DNA of 64,000 bases, from IMG/VR virus record IMGVR_UViG_3300028832_000100; one strand, written 5' to 3'. Source of the stretch: a virus. Its lineage: Duplodnaviria; Caudoviricetes. The stretch's first letter is position 1; each line of letters begins with the position of its first letter. Below the pieces are notes generated by a model. The model worked only from the letters and a program-made list of their open reading frames with translations. It searched no databases and was not told where the DNA came from. This document shows positions 29,837 through 39,666 of this stretch, in pieces. Both the position numbers and the translations under genes were made by a program.

Positions 29837-30664
29837 TTACCTCGAAATCATTTTTTTCATTTTTGAATTTCTTAATCTTGATAAACTGGTATCAACCAAT
29901 TCATAAATTCTTTCTTGTTTTAATGCGGAAAAGAACTCTCGCATATCTTTAATTCTTTTTTCTGAAACTCTGTACTGCTCGGCAAAAGATTTATAAAAAT
30001 CATCATCAAAAGATTTTATAATTTTATGAACTTTTCTTTTGTTTATATTCGTAAACATCTCGGATTTATCTTCTCTATATTCAAAAACATCTTGATATGT
30101 TATCATATCAAGAAGAACGGCTGTGAAATAATCATAGGCATTTACGCAGTCTGAAATCATCTTTTCAACGGTGCTTTCTGTCAACGAAACATCTGGTTCT
30201 GAAACCGCTCCAATAAAGTCCATTGCCAAATCACCTGCTTCATCAGTCAGCTCATCCATGCTAACAGTACCCAAATTTGAACTTCTCTTATCCTTGTTTA
30301 GAAGTTGATAATGTGTTAATCTCATACAGCGCATCTTAATGTTCACTGCTTTATCAGGTCCATTAGGATCCCCATACAGTTTTGAAGATTCTTTTAGCCA
30401 AACTCTATTTTGCAACACATAAGTAATGCTGTCTATTAGCCAACTGTAACAATCAGTCACATCCACGCCAAACTTACTGTTGCTATAATATTTATCTATT
30501 AGCTTCCAATACCTAGCTACAATGGCACTGAAATATGCTTCTGAAATTAACTTATCATTTTCATTTTCTATATACAAATCGAATAATTTGTTTTTGTTTA
30601 TTTTTCTCCAACCATCTATTCGATCTGCTACACTCTCATACAATCTTAAATAATCGTTTAACAC
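29837..30664 (-). CDS. Hypothetical protein, possible phage sigma-like factor
   Basis: 275 aa, helical; AIVARYWKLI..YY is sigma region-2-like; VSMDEL. Confidence 0.4.
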   Translation of the reverse strand: MLNDYLRLYESVADRIDGWRKINKNKLFDLYIENENDKLISEAYFSAIVARYWKLIDKYYSNSKFGVDVTDCYSWLIDSITYVLQNRVWLKESSKLYGDPNGPDKAVNIKMRCMRLTHYQLLNKDKRSSNLGTVSMDELTDEAGDLAMDFIGAVSEPDVSLTESTVEKMISDCVNAYDYFTAVLLDMITYQDVFEYREDKSEMFTNINKRKVHKIIKSFDDDFYKSFAEQYRVSEKRIKDMREFFSALKQERIYELVDTSLSRLRNSKMKKMISR

Positions 30665-32364
30665 TTGTTTTCTACTCGCATTTCTACATTAAAATCTTGT
30701 ATATATTTCCTCAAACTTTCCATTGCAGATTCCGAAATTTCATCATCAATAACAAAATCTGCAATATATTTTTTATCGGTAATAATTTCTAACACTTTTT
30801 CATCTAATGTGTCTTTACAAATCAAATTGTAAATAAATACCGGCTTCTTCGTTCCAATTCTATGTATTCTATCGCATGCTTGGTCAAAAGCACCTGCTGT
30901 ATATGGGGTTGATAGGAATATCATATGTGAAGCGGAGTTCAATGTTATTCCTGTTCCGCACTTCTGCCAAGTTCCAAGAAACACTTTATCTGCACCGTTT
31001 TGAAAAGAATTGACATTTTCGTTTATCTCATTATCTTTTTGATCCCCTGTATTGATAGAAGGTTTTAAGTCATCTATTTTCTTTGCAAGATAATATATTG
31101 GTTCCTTAAAAGAAGAAAATACAATTACTTTCTCTCCGTTTGAAACAATTTGTCTTATCAAGTCCTCTGCTCGGTCTATTTTAGAAGATGGTACATTATC
31201 AGTTGTAAGGATGCTCGGCAATTCAGCAGCTTGCCTCAATCTTGCGAACATTGCAAGTAGTGACTTTGTACTTATGTGTACTTTATCAACCTGCTCAACG
31301 ATTCCATTAAGGATGTTGTTGTAAAACTGCTTGTGGTACTCATTCAACTCTACATATTCTACAATGACATTCTTTTCTGGCAGATTCAACAAATCTTTTG
31401 TTCTTCGTATAGAGCAATTACTCAACTGTTCCTTGATAATATCCAAGTTACGATATCCCAAAAATCTCGTTCCAAACTTATCGTCAAATACACAGTAATA
31501 ATGCTCAAAAATAGAAGAACTTGAATGATCCTCTCCTATAAACTTCATCGGTAGATGACAATCAGTTACATTGTTAAGAAGCATTGTACCTGTTGCACAA
31601 ACTGCATACTGAACCCCCTTTAATTTAAGGAAATTTTCAGATTGCTTTGCTCCTGCACTTTTTACAGCGTGGGCTTCATCAAGAACGATCATATCAAAAT
31701 TGTTTATTTTGTTTTTCTTGATAGCATTAACGATGTCATTTGATCGGATAGTTTCAATATTTGTAATAACAAAAAATTCATCTATCTTTCTTTTTAGGTG
31801 GTTTACACGCTCTTTTAATGAACCTATTGTAACCTTACCTGTCCTAGAAGTTCTCTCTCCAAGTATTGTAGCAGACAAGTTGGAGTGCTTTTGAATCTCA
31901 TTCTTCCAGTTAAATTTGAGAGAATTAACCCCGCACACAATTAGGCAGTGTTCTATCTTCTTTTGTCTGTACAGATGATTTGCCATCATTATGATTTGCA
32001 AAGTTTTTCCCAAACCGGGAACATCGAGCAACAAAAACTTTTTGTGACTTAAACCAAACTCCGCTCCCTCAATTTGATAATCATATGGGTTTGACTTTAT
32101 TCCATCCAGATCCAAACTTTCTTTTTTATAGGAAACTTTTTCCATTTTATAGTTTGTAATCTCAATGTCATCATACTTACAAAGTTCATCTACAAGATAA
32201 GCAAGAGAGGTGGTCGGTACTTCCCATGTCTTTTTCTTCTCATCAAAATAACTTACTTCACTACCCTTAACAATATTGACAATTTCTTTTCGATAAGGGA
32301 ATGAAACAGTTAAAGAAGTAATTCCGGGCATTTTTCTTGGCTTGCCCTCTTTTATCTCAATCAT
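30658..32364 (-). CDS. SNF2-family helicase
   Basis: PYDYQ, PGLGKT, LDEAH, ATGT, GTGITL, QACDRIHRIG. Confidence 0.92.
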   Translation of the reverse strand: MIEIKEGKPRKMPGITSLTVSFPYRKEIVNIVKGSEVSYFDEKKKTWEVPTTSLAYLVDELCKYDDIEITNYKMEKVSYKKESLDLDGIKSNPYDYQIEGAEFGLSHKKFLLLDVPGLGKTLQIIMMANHLYRQKKIEHCLIVCGVNSLKFNWKNEIQKHSNLSATILGERTSRTGKVTIGSLKERVNHLKRKIDEFFVITNIETIRSNDIVNAIKKNKINNFDMIVLDEAHAVKSAGAKQSENFLKLKGVQYAVCATGTMLLNNVTDCHLPMKFIGEDHSSSSIFEHYYCVFDDKFGTRFLGYRNLDIIKEQLSNCSIRRTKDLLNLPEKNVIVEYVELNEYHKQFYNNILNGIVEQVDKVHISTKSLLAMFARLRQAAELPSILTTDNVPSSKIDRAEDLIRQIVSNGEKVIVFSSFKEPIYYLAKKIDDLKPSINTGDQKDNEINENVNSFQNGADKVFLGTWQKCGTGITLNSASHMIFLSTPYTAGAFDQACDRIHRIGTKKPVFIYNLICKDTLDEKVLEIITDKKYIADFVIDDEISESAMESLRKYIQDFNVEMRVENKC

Positions 32365-32660
32365 CCCTCAAACAATTCCAATTTCTTCTCTTTCTGTGAA
32401 ACATAGTCATTGTTAAAATCTCTCACCGTATCCACAACAGATTCAAAATTGATCCTTGCATAGACCTTCATGGCTGTCCCACATTCATCGCAAATGTAGT
32501 TTTCTGACAGGTTGAGAGAATTTCCACTGAATGAAATAATCTTTCCAGAATAATCTCTTGTAATGTCTTTGACATCTCCGAAGAAAAATTTCGGATAAAA
32601 GATTTCAGCAGGAAGATATTCCCTATCGCATTTCGGACATTTAATCGTTTTTACTTTCAT
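32361..32660 (-). CDS. Small zinc-ribbon protein
   Basis: CPKC...CDEC. Confidence 0.65.
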   Translation of the reverse strand: MKVKTIKCPKCDREYLPAEIFYPKFFFGDVKDITRDYSGKIISFSGNSLNLSENYICDECGTAMKVYARINFESVVDTVRDFNNDYVSQKEKKLELFEG

Positions 32661-32693
32661 TGTTGTAATCTATCTCCTTGTTTTTTTATTTAT

Positions 32694-32722
32694 AGTATAC
32701 CACAAATATGCTATTTTGTCAA
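32694..32722 (-). promoter_or_regulatory. Host sigmaA-type early promoter
   Basis: tagTTGACA-17-TGgTATACT. Confidence 0.8.
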
Positions 32723-32725
32723 CTA

Positions 32726-33055
32726 TCAGAATAAATTTTCTTCAAAATTATCATTCCTAACTTCTACATTATTTAATCTGTCTATGTATTTAGGATTCCT
32801 TTTAATAGTATCAGAAACAACATCAATGATGCTATCAATATATGGAAAAATATCTTCCTTTTTCTTGATTGGCTTACTACTCTACGAAACAAGCAATCCT
32901 GTGAATAGTTCTGTAACATGCCAAGATCCACTTTTGTAAGTTACTCCAAACATAAAACCAGATGGGTGATCTATTATATATCCGTCTACAATTTTTGCAT
33001 AAGGCTTCTTTTCTTCACAATCAAAACAGCAGATTTTGTATGAACCTTTTTTCAT
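32726..33055 (-). pseudogene. 110-codon frame interrupted by one in-frame TAG (32884-32882): pseudogene or readthrough gene
   Basis: MKKGSYKICCFD...WHVTELFTGLLVS*SSKPIKK...EENLF-TGA; promoter and RBS upstream; fills the gap between two promoters exactly. Confidence 0.6.
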
Positions 33056-33087
33056 ATAACTACACCTACCCCTTTTATGGTACTATT

Positions 33088-33116
33088 ATTATATCACTTA
33101 TTTCTCAATTTGTCAA
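33088..33116 (-). promoter_or_regulatory. Host sigmaA-type early promoter
   Basis: tagTTGACA-17-TGaTATAAT immediately after the structural-operon terminator. Confidence 0.85.
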
Positions 33117-33120
33117 CTAC

Positions 33121-33157
33121 AAAAATAAAAAAAGAGAGCCAATTTTAATCGGCTCTC
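33121..33157 (-). terminator. Intrinsic terminator closing the structural operon
   Basis: GAGAGCCGAT-taaa-ATTGGCTCTC followed by TTTTTTTATTTTT. Confidence 0.85.
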
Positions 33158-33213
33158 GTGAGGGGAACATCCCCATCAGTTGGTGGACCATGATCTTTCG
33201 ATCAGCCCATGTA

Positions 33214-33732
33214 TTATAATGGAATCCATTGCATATCAATGGAGTTTCTATCTATTTTGTATCTATACTCCTCTTTTATTGTTATGTCATCGTTTGCATT
33301 AACATCAAATAACGGTAAACTGATGCACCCTTCTGGTATACTTGATGTTGATCCTGTAAATCCAATGTCATAAAAAGTACCGGAATCATCCCCCGCACTC
33401 ACTTCTTCAAGGGGTGACAACTCCTGCGTTTGATCGGTATTACTTAACTTTATATAAGCATAAACTGTACCAGCACCGGATAATCCGGATGCATCATAAG
33501 CATACTTAAAAGTTGTTCTGAAGAAATATCCATCTACTACAAATTCAAGTGTATTAAGACTGGTTGTTGATGTTTCTGAATTTATACTTGTAATAACATA
33601 TCCAGGCTTATCAACAATGTTTCTCGTCATTTGAGTAGTGTTATATTCAGTGGAAATTCTTGAAAATGGATAGTCCCCACCTCTATTTGCCACTGGATAG
33701 GCATGAATGTCATTACTTGCTATATATCCCAT
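33214..33732 (-). CDS. Hypothetical virion (baseplate/tail) protein
   Basis: 172 aa, last gene of the structural operon. Confidence 0.5.
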   Translation of the reverse strand: MGYIASNDIHAYPVANRGGDYPFSRISTEYNTTQMTRNIVDKPGYVITSINSETSTTSLNTLEFVVDGYFFRTTFKYAYDASGLSGAGTVYAYIKLSNTDQTQELSPLEEVSAGDDSGTFYDIGFTGSTSSIPEGCISLPLFDVNANDDITIKEEYRYKIDRNSIDMQWIPL

Positions 33733-33738
33733 ATTCTA

Positions 33739-34374
33739 TTATTCACCTACCTGTTCTTCTTGTTGTTCTTGTGTTTCTGGTGTTGGCTGTTCTGTTGTGG
33801 ATGTAGTGTTTTGTAATCTCATCTGCCACTGAATGTACAGAGATTGACCTTCTGATAAACTTTTCAGGTTTACCAGGGATTGCCCATCCTGCAGATTGCT
33901 CAAAATATCTATTGTAGCCAATTCCGAACTTGAGCCGTCACCATCTTGGTAATAACTATATAGAGAAACCGTTCTTAAATAATTATCCTCTGCGCTGCTT
34001 GCACTATTCAAACTAAATGATTGATATGGTATAGAACACGAAAAAGCAGAATACCATCCGTTTACACTGGTTCCGTGGTATGTTGGGTTAATACCATTAA
34101 ATGTCACAGGTATTCTTGAATAAAGAGCATTAGACAATGTTTCTCCCTCTGATGCACCTCTTTGTGCCCCTAAAAAATGCGGAACATTAACCGCTTCCTC
34201 CATATTACCACCCAATAGGGATGCAATAACTTTGAATAGCCAAACAGTTCCTTCATTGTGTCCAACAAAGTTCTGTAAGATTCTTCCTCTTTTATCTTTA
34301 ACCTGTATCTTTACAATACCACTATATTGAATTGATGTTGAATTATTGCTCTTCATTGCTATTGCTTTCCTCAC
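33739..34374 (-). CDS. Hypothetical virion protein
   Basis: 211 aa, beta-rich; HNEGT...IQW pattern. Confidence 0.5.
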   Translation of the reverse strand: MRKAIAMKSNNSTSIQYSGIVKIQVKDKRGRILQNFVGHNEGTVWLFKVIASLLGGNMEEAVNVPHFLGAQRGASEGETLSNALYSRIPVTFNGINPTYHGTSVNGWYSAFSCSIPYQSFSLNSASSAEDNYLRTVSLYSYYQDGDGSSSELATIDILSNLQDGQSLVNLKSLSEGQSLYIQWQMRLQNTTSTTEQPTPETQEQQEEQVGE

Positions 34375-35200
34375 TTTGTTGTTCTGATGCGTTTTGAGAA
34401 CTTGGTGGTATTTGTGAGCTTGACGGGATTATCGTATTAGTATCGAATGCACCAACCAAATCATTTTCCACATCGGACACAACTGCTTCTTTCGGACTTG
34501 GTATGGCAGTGCTTGGTTTAAGTGATCCAATATCACCGACATACATACTACTTTCAACATCTTTAGATGCTGATTTGTTATTTATTGAAGAAACGGATCT
34601 TATTCCAGATGGGTTGTGACCATCTTGTCCTGATGTATATACTTTTTTACCTACAAATGCTACCATAGAATCATCAATGTGATATGTGTCATAAATAGGA
34701 TCAGTGAATTTGGAATATACTACCGCAAAATCAAAACCTGCAGGTATAACATATTTTAATACCTCTTCCAATGCATATTTGTATTGCATTTGAAACTGAA
34801 TAAGTATTAAAACTTGATGAGTAGTTTTATCTATACTTACAATAATTTCTGTATCTCCGCTTGGAATATTCTCTGCTCTCAATACAGATGCAACAGCATA
34901 TTCTATCCCTCTTATGCTTCCTTTATTCTTAACGGCGAATGGAAATGCTGCAAGGATGGGTCTTAATACCTTTGCGTCAATATCCACTTTCGGAAAGAAT
35001 CCCACCTTTGTGGCGTAATGTATCAAAAGAGAATCATAAATATTTAATGGTCGAATTAGATTTATAATAGATGATGCGTCAAACATTACACCACCGTGTA
35101 TGACATCCATAACTCTTCCCATTAACTGGAAATCTCTGGATTCATTAACATACACTTGTGGTACATTATTTTGCATCCTAAATACTGCCATGAATGTCAC
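34343..35200 (-). CDS. Baseplate protein (P2 gpI-like)
   Basis: KNKGSIRGIEYAV, LKYVIPAG; follows the wedge gene. Confidence 0.65.
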   Translation of the reverse strand: MTFMAVFRMQNNVPQVYVNESRDFQLMGRVMDVIHGGVMFDASSIINLIRPLNIYDSLLIHYATKVGFFPKVDIDAKVLRPILAAFPFAVKNKGSIRGIEYAVASVLRAENIPSGDTEIIVSIDKTTHQVLILIQFQMQYKYALEEVLKYVIPAGFDFAVVYSKFTDPIYDTYHIDDSMVAFVGKKVYTSGQDGHNPSGIRSVSSINNKSASKDVESSMYVGDIGSLKPSTAIPSPKEAVVSDVENDLVGAFDTNTIIPSSSQIPPSSQNASEQQSEESNSNEEQ

Positions 35201-35206
35201 CCCCTA

Positions 35207-38200
35207 TTATAATCTACTTGAATTGATAACCGAAACATTGCAGTTATTCATCTGTGCAATGGTGAATCTGTTAAACGGATTGTTGGAATCCCAGAATGAA
35301 TCTGCTGTCATTGGATCTTCTACTGCTGTCGCTTCATTAACTCTGTTTGTCCAATTGTAAGCAACTGCCGGCGAATATGGAGACACAAGCATTGTACTCT
35401 TTATAAAACCCTCAACACCGCTCATAATAGTGTTATTTTCGGTTTCGTCGCTCAATATCTGTGTATATCTTTCTACGATATTAACATTTCCTATGAGCAA
35501 TTCTTCTGCTCCTTGTGGGTTTGTTATAGTGACGGAGATTGTATTTCCCAATGGACTTCCTGCCGGATTATTTATGAAGGCATAATATGTTCCGGGACTG
35601 GTTATTGATGACGGATTTGAAATAGCTCCATACTGACTCCTTATCTCCGAGACGCCACTTATCGTAACTGTTTCTCCGTCCTGCTTAAATATGGTAAATA
35701 CAACTTCATTTCCCCAACTAAGAGAACTGTCTGTTCTACTAATAGATAGTGCAGTAGATGTCCCGTTTCCTTCTATTATGTAATAACCACTTGAGTCCGT
35801 ATTGGGCAAACCACTTGCTAACGTGTAAGAAATAGCATCAAGTTCCGCTTCAAAAGTACCATCTTCCTGCATTACTCTTACATCAATATTTTCTCCACCG
35901 GCTAATACAAGGTTTGCATTGAATTGAACAATACTGCCGGACGAAACATCTGCATTTGTATTACCATTAAAATAAAATGATTGACCCTGCAGAAGTTTTT
36001 GTGGATTTAGTGCGGTTGAGTTTATATTTAATCTTGACCAAACCTGGTAATTTGTTGTCCCCATAGAGGAATCAAAACTTGCAATTTCTATCGGTTGGTC
36101 ATCTATATCTTTTAACTCTAAATCTGCTATGGATTGTTCTGTGTTTTTAATATCGGAAGAAACAGTACCTTTAATATTGCACCCTTCTCCAAGAACTGTC
36201 ATATTCATTTCTTGAATGTACAAATCCATCTCTTTGTACTGCCAATATATATCCTCAATGTCCCCTGTGAGTATTGTTTCTGCGGTTATTTTTGAAGATA
36301 AGCCAGATGATATTGCTCCTGTGTAACTACTGGTCGGTGTTAAATGTCTTGTTAGCTTTGTACCACTTCCAAGAACAGCAATACCTTGTGAGAAGTCTTC
36401 GGATTTAGAATACAGAAAATATTCACCCTCTTCCAGAATAATATACTGGTCTGCCTCGGTGGTGATGGCTTCATTGTATTCTGGAAATAGTGTGTTTTCT
36501 GCATTATTTCTAAGCCAGTAGCAAGGCATCCTGTATTCTTTTACGCTCGGGTTCATTTGAAGATGTACTTCGTTTATTTTATTCAAATAAATAGCCCCGG
36601 TTGCTTCTAATCCCTTCCAGTTGTCACCAGATGTGTTTTCTAACAATCTATTAGATGAGCAAACTGTTCCCGGTGGTATGTCGTAGGTTTTTTCTTCACC
36701 GGAATCTGTGTCTGTCCATTTCAATGTAATTTGGATGTTGTTGCTTGTACCAACATTGCTTTGTATCTTGAAATATGTGTTTGGATTTATTCCATCAGAA
36801 GGTGCACCACTCATTTGATAGTATATCATGTACGAATATGTATATGTGACTATGTATTCTGGTCGTGAAACAAATACATACTCGTTCTTTTTTATATCAT
36901 AACCAGATGATACACTACCAGATGTGATCTCAACTTCTGTCTTGATTTTGCTAATATTGTCAAAAACTTTAATGTTTTGCTGACCGAACTTGTATACAAA
37001 TCTATCGTCAAATTGATACATCTGCACATTTCCATTAAGAATAAGGCTTTGAAGAATATGCTTATAGAACTTGCTGGCTTCATCAGTACCGTCACTGGTA
37101 TATTTTAGATCTGTTGCACTATCGAAAGAGCCGGATGTATCATTACCCCACATAATCTTTGCTGTATAGGTCGGCTCGTTCAGAACAACACTCTTAATTC
37201 TTGTATCAGCGTTATTTATAGTTTGAATGATATCGTCATAAGAGATTGGCTCACCAAAATTGACTTTTCTAGCATTATACTTTCTATATAGTGCTGTTTT
37301 TATATTGGTTTCAATCTCTCTTGCATCTTGGTTGGAAACCTTATAATAGGTAATTACTTTACCGTTTACATCGTAGAAGTTTTTAATGCAAAATGGGTAG
37401 TCGGTACTTCTTACGTTGTCAACATAATCATGTTGAAGTGATTTCAACTCCTCTATACCTTGCTCGATTACCTGATAGTTTTGATTTACGCTAAATGAAG
37501 CATCATAAGAAACCTTTTTACTGCCCCCATCGTATGGAGAAAGAATATACAGAGCAAGGTTAAATGCGTTTCTACCATCTTCATTTACAACGAGTTTCTT
37601 ATCAATAGAGTCTTGATCCATTGTAACAACATGATAAGAGTATTCTATGTCGTTTGTCCTGTCTGCTGCTACGGCATTTGAGGCAAGATATTTTCCGTTT
37701 TCTTGAAGATTATAAACAGCATTTTCATAATCTCTACAGGTAACAAGAGTATTAAATGTCCCTACCGTTTTCTTATAGTTTCTATAAGCGTCTTCCAGCA
37801 ATTCTGGATCTTCACCATCAACAGCGTCAAATGGGTTAAAGACAATTAGGTTTTCTGTCAAGTTCTGATCGGTTCCACTATCATCTGTTATTTCTACATT
37901 AGTGTAGAAACTATCAATGACATTGTTCTGAATGTTTCCACTTTCACCCATTGTAACGATATATTTTATTTTCAAGCCGGATTCAATAATATCGCTTATG
38001 TCTTCCGGGAATTGAATGTAGCAAGTTCCGGAGTTCGGAAGGACACCGAAGGAGTAGACTCTCTGCCCTGTTTGGTAACTCTCTATATTGGAAACCCTTT
38101 TCCAAGCATCCCATTGTAAATCTGAATCTTCTGTTTGGGCTTGGTTGGTATTTGCTACGAATATACCGTTCTCTGCAACCATTGTGTCTGGTATGTACAC

Positions 38201-38782
38201 TCTGAGATCATCGTCAAGATTGTTAAGAGAGATAATATCGCTGCCACCAATCACAAGGTTTTGAATAACACCCTGCAACGATGGGGAAGTATATACTTCA
38301 TTTTTGGTCATTATTACGGACGGATCTGTAAGAGTGTAAACATATTCCCCTGTTGAATCTGTGACCATTGTAAAACGTGGTATTTTAATTCCGTTTGAAA
38401 AGTTTTTCCCTGCTCCACCTATGGTAAGGTCTCCATTGTACTTATAGGAGATCTGTGTAGAAGCAGCTCGATACCACTTCATTTCGTATCCGAGGGAGTC
38501 ATAAATCTGTCTTGCATTTCCGACCTGTGATACTGAAAGTGGAAATGTTTCAAGAATATTCTTATCAATATTATAGTTCTCTTTGTCTGCAATAATGGCG
38601 TTTTCTTTCAAAAGGACAACACCGGGGTCAGACTCGTTAGAGATAGTAGGGTCCCACTTCGGAGAAATGGACTTTACAAGGTCTAATTCCTCGTTATAAA
38701 TGCTATTAAAATCTTTATTTGTGTAAGATAGTCCACTAGAAGGATTCGTGTATATTACATTTTTTACATTGCTTGATGGCAT
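35207..38782 (-). CDS. Baseplate wedge protein (T4 gp6 / gpJ-like)
   Basis: YTNKDF.SI...ESDPGVVL, LGY, G.DPE, TLVTCRDYE. Confidence 0.85.
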   Translation of the reverse strand: MPSSNVKNVIYTNPSSGLSYTNKDFNSIYNEELDLVKSISPKWDPTISNESDPGVVLLKENAIIADKENYNIDKNILETFPLSVSQVGNARQIYDSLGYEMKWYRAASTQISYKYNGDLTIGGAGKNFSNGIKIPRFTMVTDSTGEYVYTLTDPSVIMTKNEVYTSPSLQGVIQNLVIGGSDIISLNNLDDDLRVYIPDTMVAENGIFVANTNQAQTEDSDLQWDAWKRVSNIESYQTGQRVYSFGVLPNSGTCYIQFPEDISDIIESGLKIKYIVTMGESGNIQNNVIDSFYTNVEITDDSGTDQNLTENLIVFNPFDAVDGEDPELLEDAYRNYKKTVGTFNTLVTCRDYENAVYNLQENGKYLASNAVAADRTNDIEYSYHVVTMDQDSIDKKLVVNEDGRNAFNLALYILSPYDGGSKKVSYDASFSVNQNYQVIEQGIEELKSLQHDYVDNVRSTDYPFCIKNFYDVNGKVITYYKVSNQDAREIETNIKTALYRKYNARKVNFGEPISYDDIIQTINNADTRIKSVVLNEPTYTAKIMWGNDTSGSFDSATDLKYTSDGTDEASKFYKHILQSLILNGNVQMYQFDDRFVYKFGQQNIKVFDNISKIKTEVEITSGSVSSGYDIKKNEYVFVSRPEYIVTYTYSYMIYYQMSGAPSDGINPNTYFKIQSNVGTSNNIQITLKWTDTDSGEEKTYDIPPGTVCSSNRLLENTSGDNWKGLEATGAIYLNKINEVHLQMNPSVKEYRMPCYWLRNNAENTLFPEYNEAITTEADQYIILEEGEYFLYSKSEDFSQGIAVLGSGTKLTRHLTPTSSYTGAISSGLSSKITAETILTGDIEDIYWQYKEMDLYIQEMNMTVLGEGCNIKGTVSSDIKNTEQSIADLELKDIDDQPIEIASFDSSMGTTNYQVWSRLNINSTALNPQKLLQGQSFYFNGNTNADVSSGSIVQFNANLVLAGGENIDVRVMQEDGTFEAELDAISYTLASGLPNTDSSGYYIIEGNGTSTALSISRTDSSLSWGNEVVFTIFKQDGETVTISGVSEIRSQYGAISNPSSITSPGTYYAFINNPAGSPLGNTISVTITNPQGAEELLIGNVNIVERYTQILSDETENNTIMSGVEGFIKSTMLVSPYSPAVAYNWTNRVNEATAVEDPMTADSFWDSNNPFNRFTIAQMNNCNVSVINSSRL

Positions 38783-38783
38783 A

Positions 38784-39167
38784 TTATACTATCTCACTCC
38801 CTGTTAGTGTAATGTTGTACATATCTGTTTGGTAGTCAATCAAATTTTTTGCTTTTATGTTTATAAACAATTTTGTTCTGTCGGATGTTACTTTAATATC
38901 TTTTCGTTCTACCAATACCTGCGGCATAAACTGCAATATTGCAGTATAGATGCTGTCTATAACAATATCTCTAAGTACACGGTTATTTTGATCGAACATA
39001 AACTTTTTTAGATTTGTTCCGAAATAAGGATCACCAAACAAGGAGGTCTTGTCTGATAGTAGAAGCAATTTTAGGTTGCTTGCTGTTGCTTCGTGATCGC
39101 TATACACTTTTGTACTTCCTCTATTGAACATAGATGGAAATGCAATAGACTTAATCATATTATACAA
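38784..39167 (-). CDS. Baseplate gp25/gpW-like protein
   Basis: NLKLLLLS.K..LFGDPYFGTNL. Confidence 0.85.
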   Translation of the reverse strand: MYNMIKSIAFPSMFNRGSTKVYSDHEATASNLKLLLLSDKTSLFGDPYFGTNLKKFMFDQNNRVLRDIVIDSIYTAILQFMPQVLVERKDIKVTSDRTKLFINIKAKNLIDYQTDMYNITLTGSEIV

Positions 39168-39666
39168 CCTCCCCGTTTATTTCATCTATCTGTGCTGATA
39201 TTCCTTCCAACTGAGCTGATAATTGATCCAACTGATATTGAATATTGTTTTTAATGCCAATTAGACAAGATATAGCAACTGGTGTTACATTGCCGATTCT
39301 TGTGTTGTATGGAAGATCTGCACTTTCCGATCCATCATCACTGTAAAAACTCAAACTCTTTGCCACGATCTGTGGTCTTGTTTCGGTTATATTTTTATCA
39401 TTGACTGTAGATGGATTTAGGTTTGTCAATAATTGACCGAGAATTACCGGATTGTTATAATTGTCATTCTCAAAGGCAATATAAACAACATCTCCGATGT
39501 TTATTAAATTTGTAAAACCCGGAATACCACAAACAGTGGCTTTCGCTAAATCTTCCTTACTTGTGCTATTGGCTGTTCCCTCTATACCATTTATAATTGG
39601 TATTCTTACATAAAATTTGTTTGGCTCATTTGGAACAGCACTCTCTACAAAACCTTTCAGAATCAC
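39160..39666 (-). CDS. Baseplate spike-like protein (gp5/gpV OB-fold)
   Basis: VRIP....IGDVVYIAFENDNYNNPVILG. Confidence 0.7.
   Translation of the reverse strand: MILKGFVESAVPNEPNKFYVRIPIINGIEGTANSTSKEDLAKATVCGIPGFTNLINIGDVVYIAFENDNYNNPVILGQLLTNLNPSTVNDKNITETRPQIVAKSLSFYSDDGSESADLPYNTRIGNVTPVAISCLIGIKNNIQYQLDQLSAQLEGISAQIDEINGEVV

Noticed and set aside
17227-32364. Inteins in RecA, DnaB, PolA or SNF2
   Set aside because: Protein lengths are normal and no C...HN-(C/S/T) splicing motifs are evident; the polA interruptions are RNA introns.
33160-33212. Possible hammerhead ribozyme or c-di-GMP riboswitch
   Set aside because: It has CUGAUGG rather than CUGANGA, the GAAA is a tetraloop, and the riboswitch motifs are absent.
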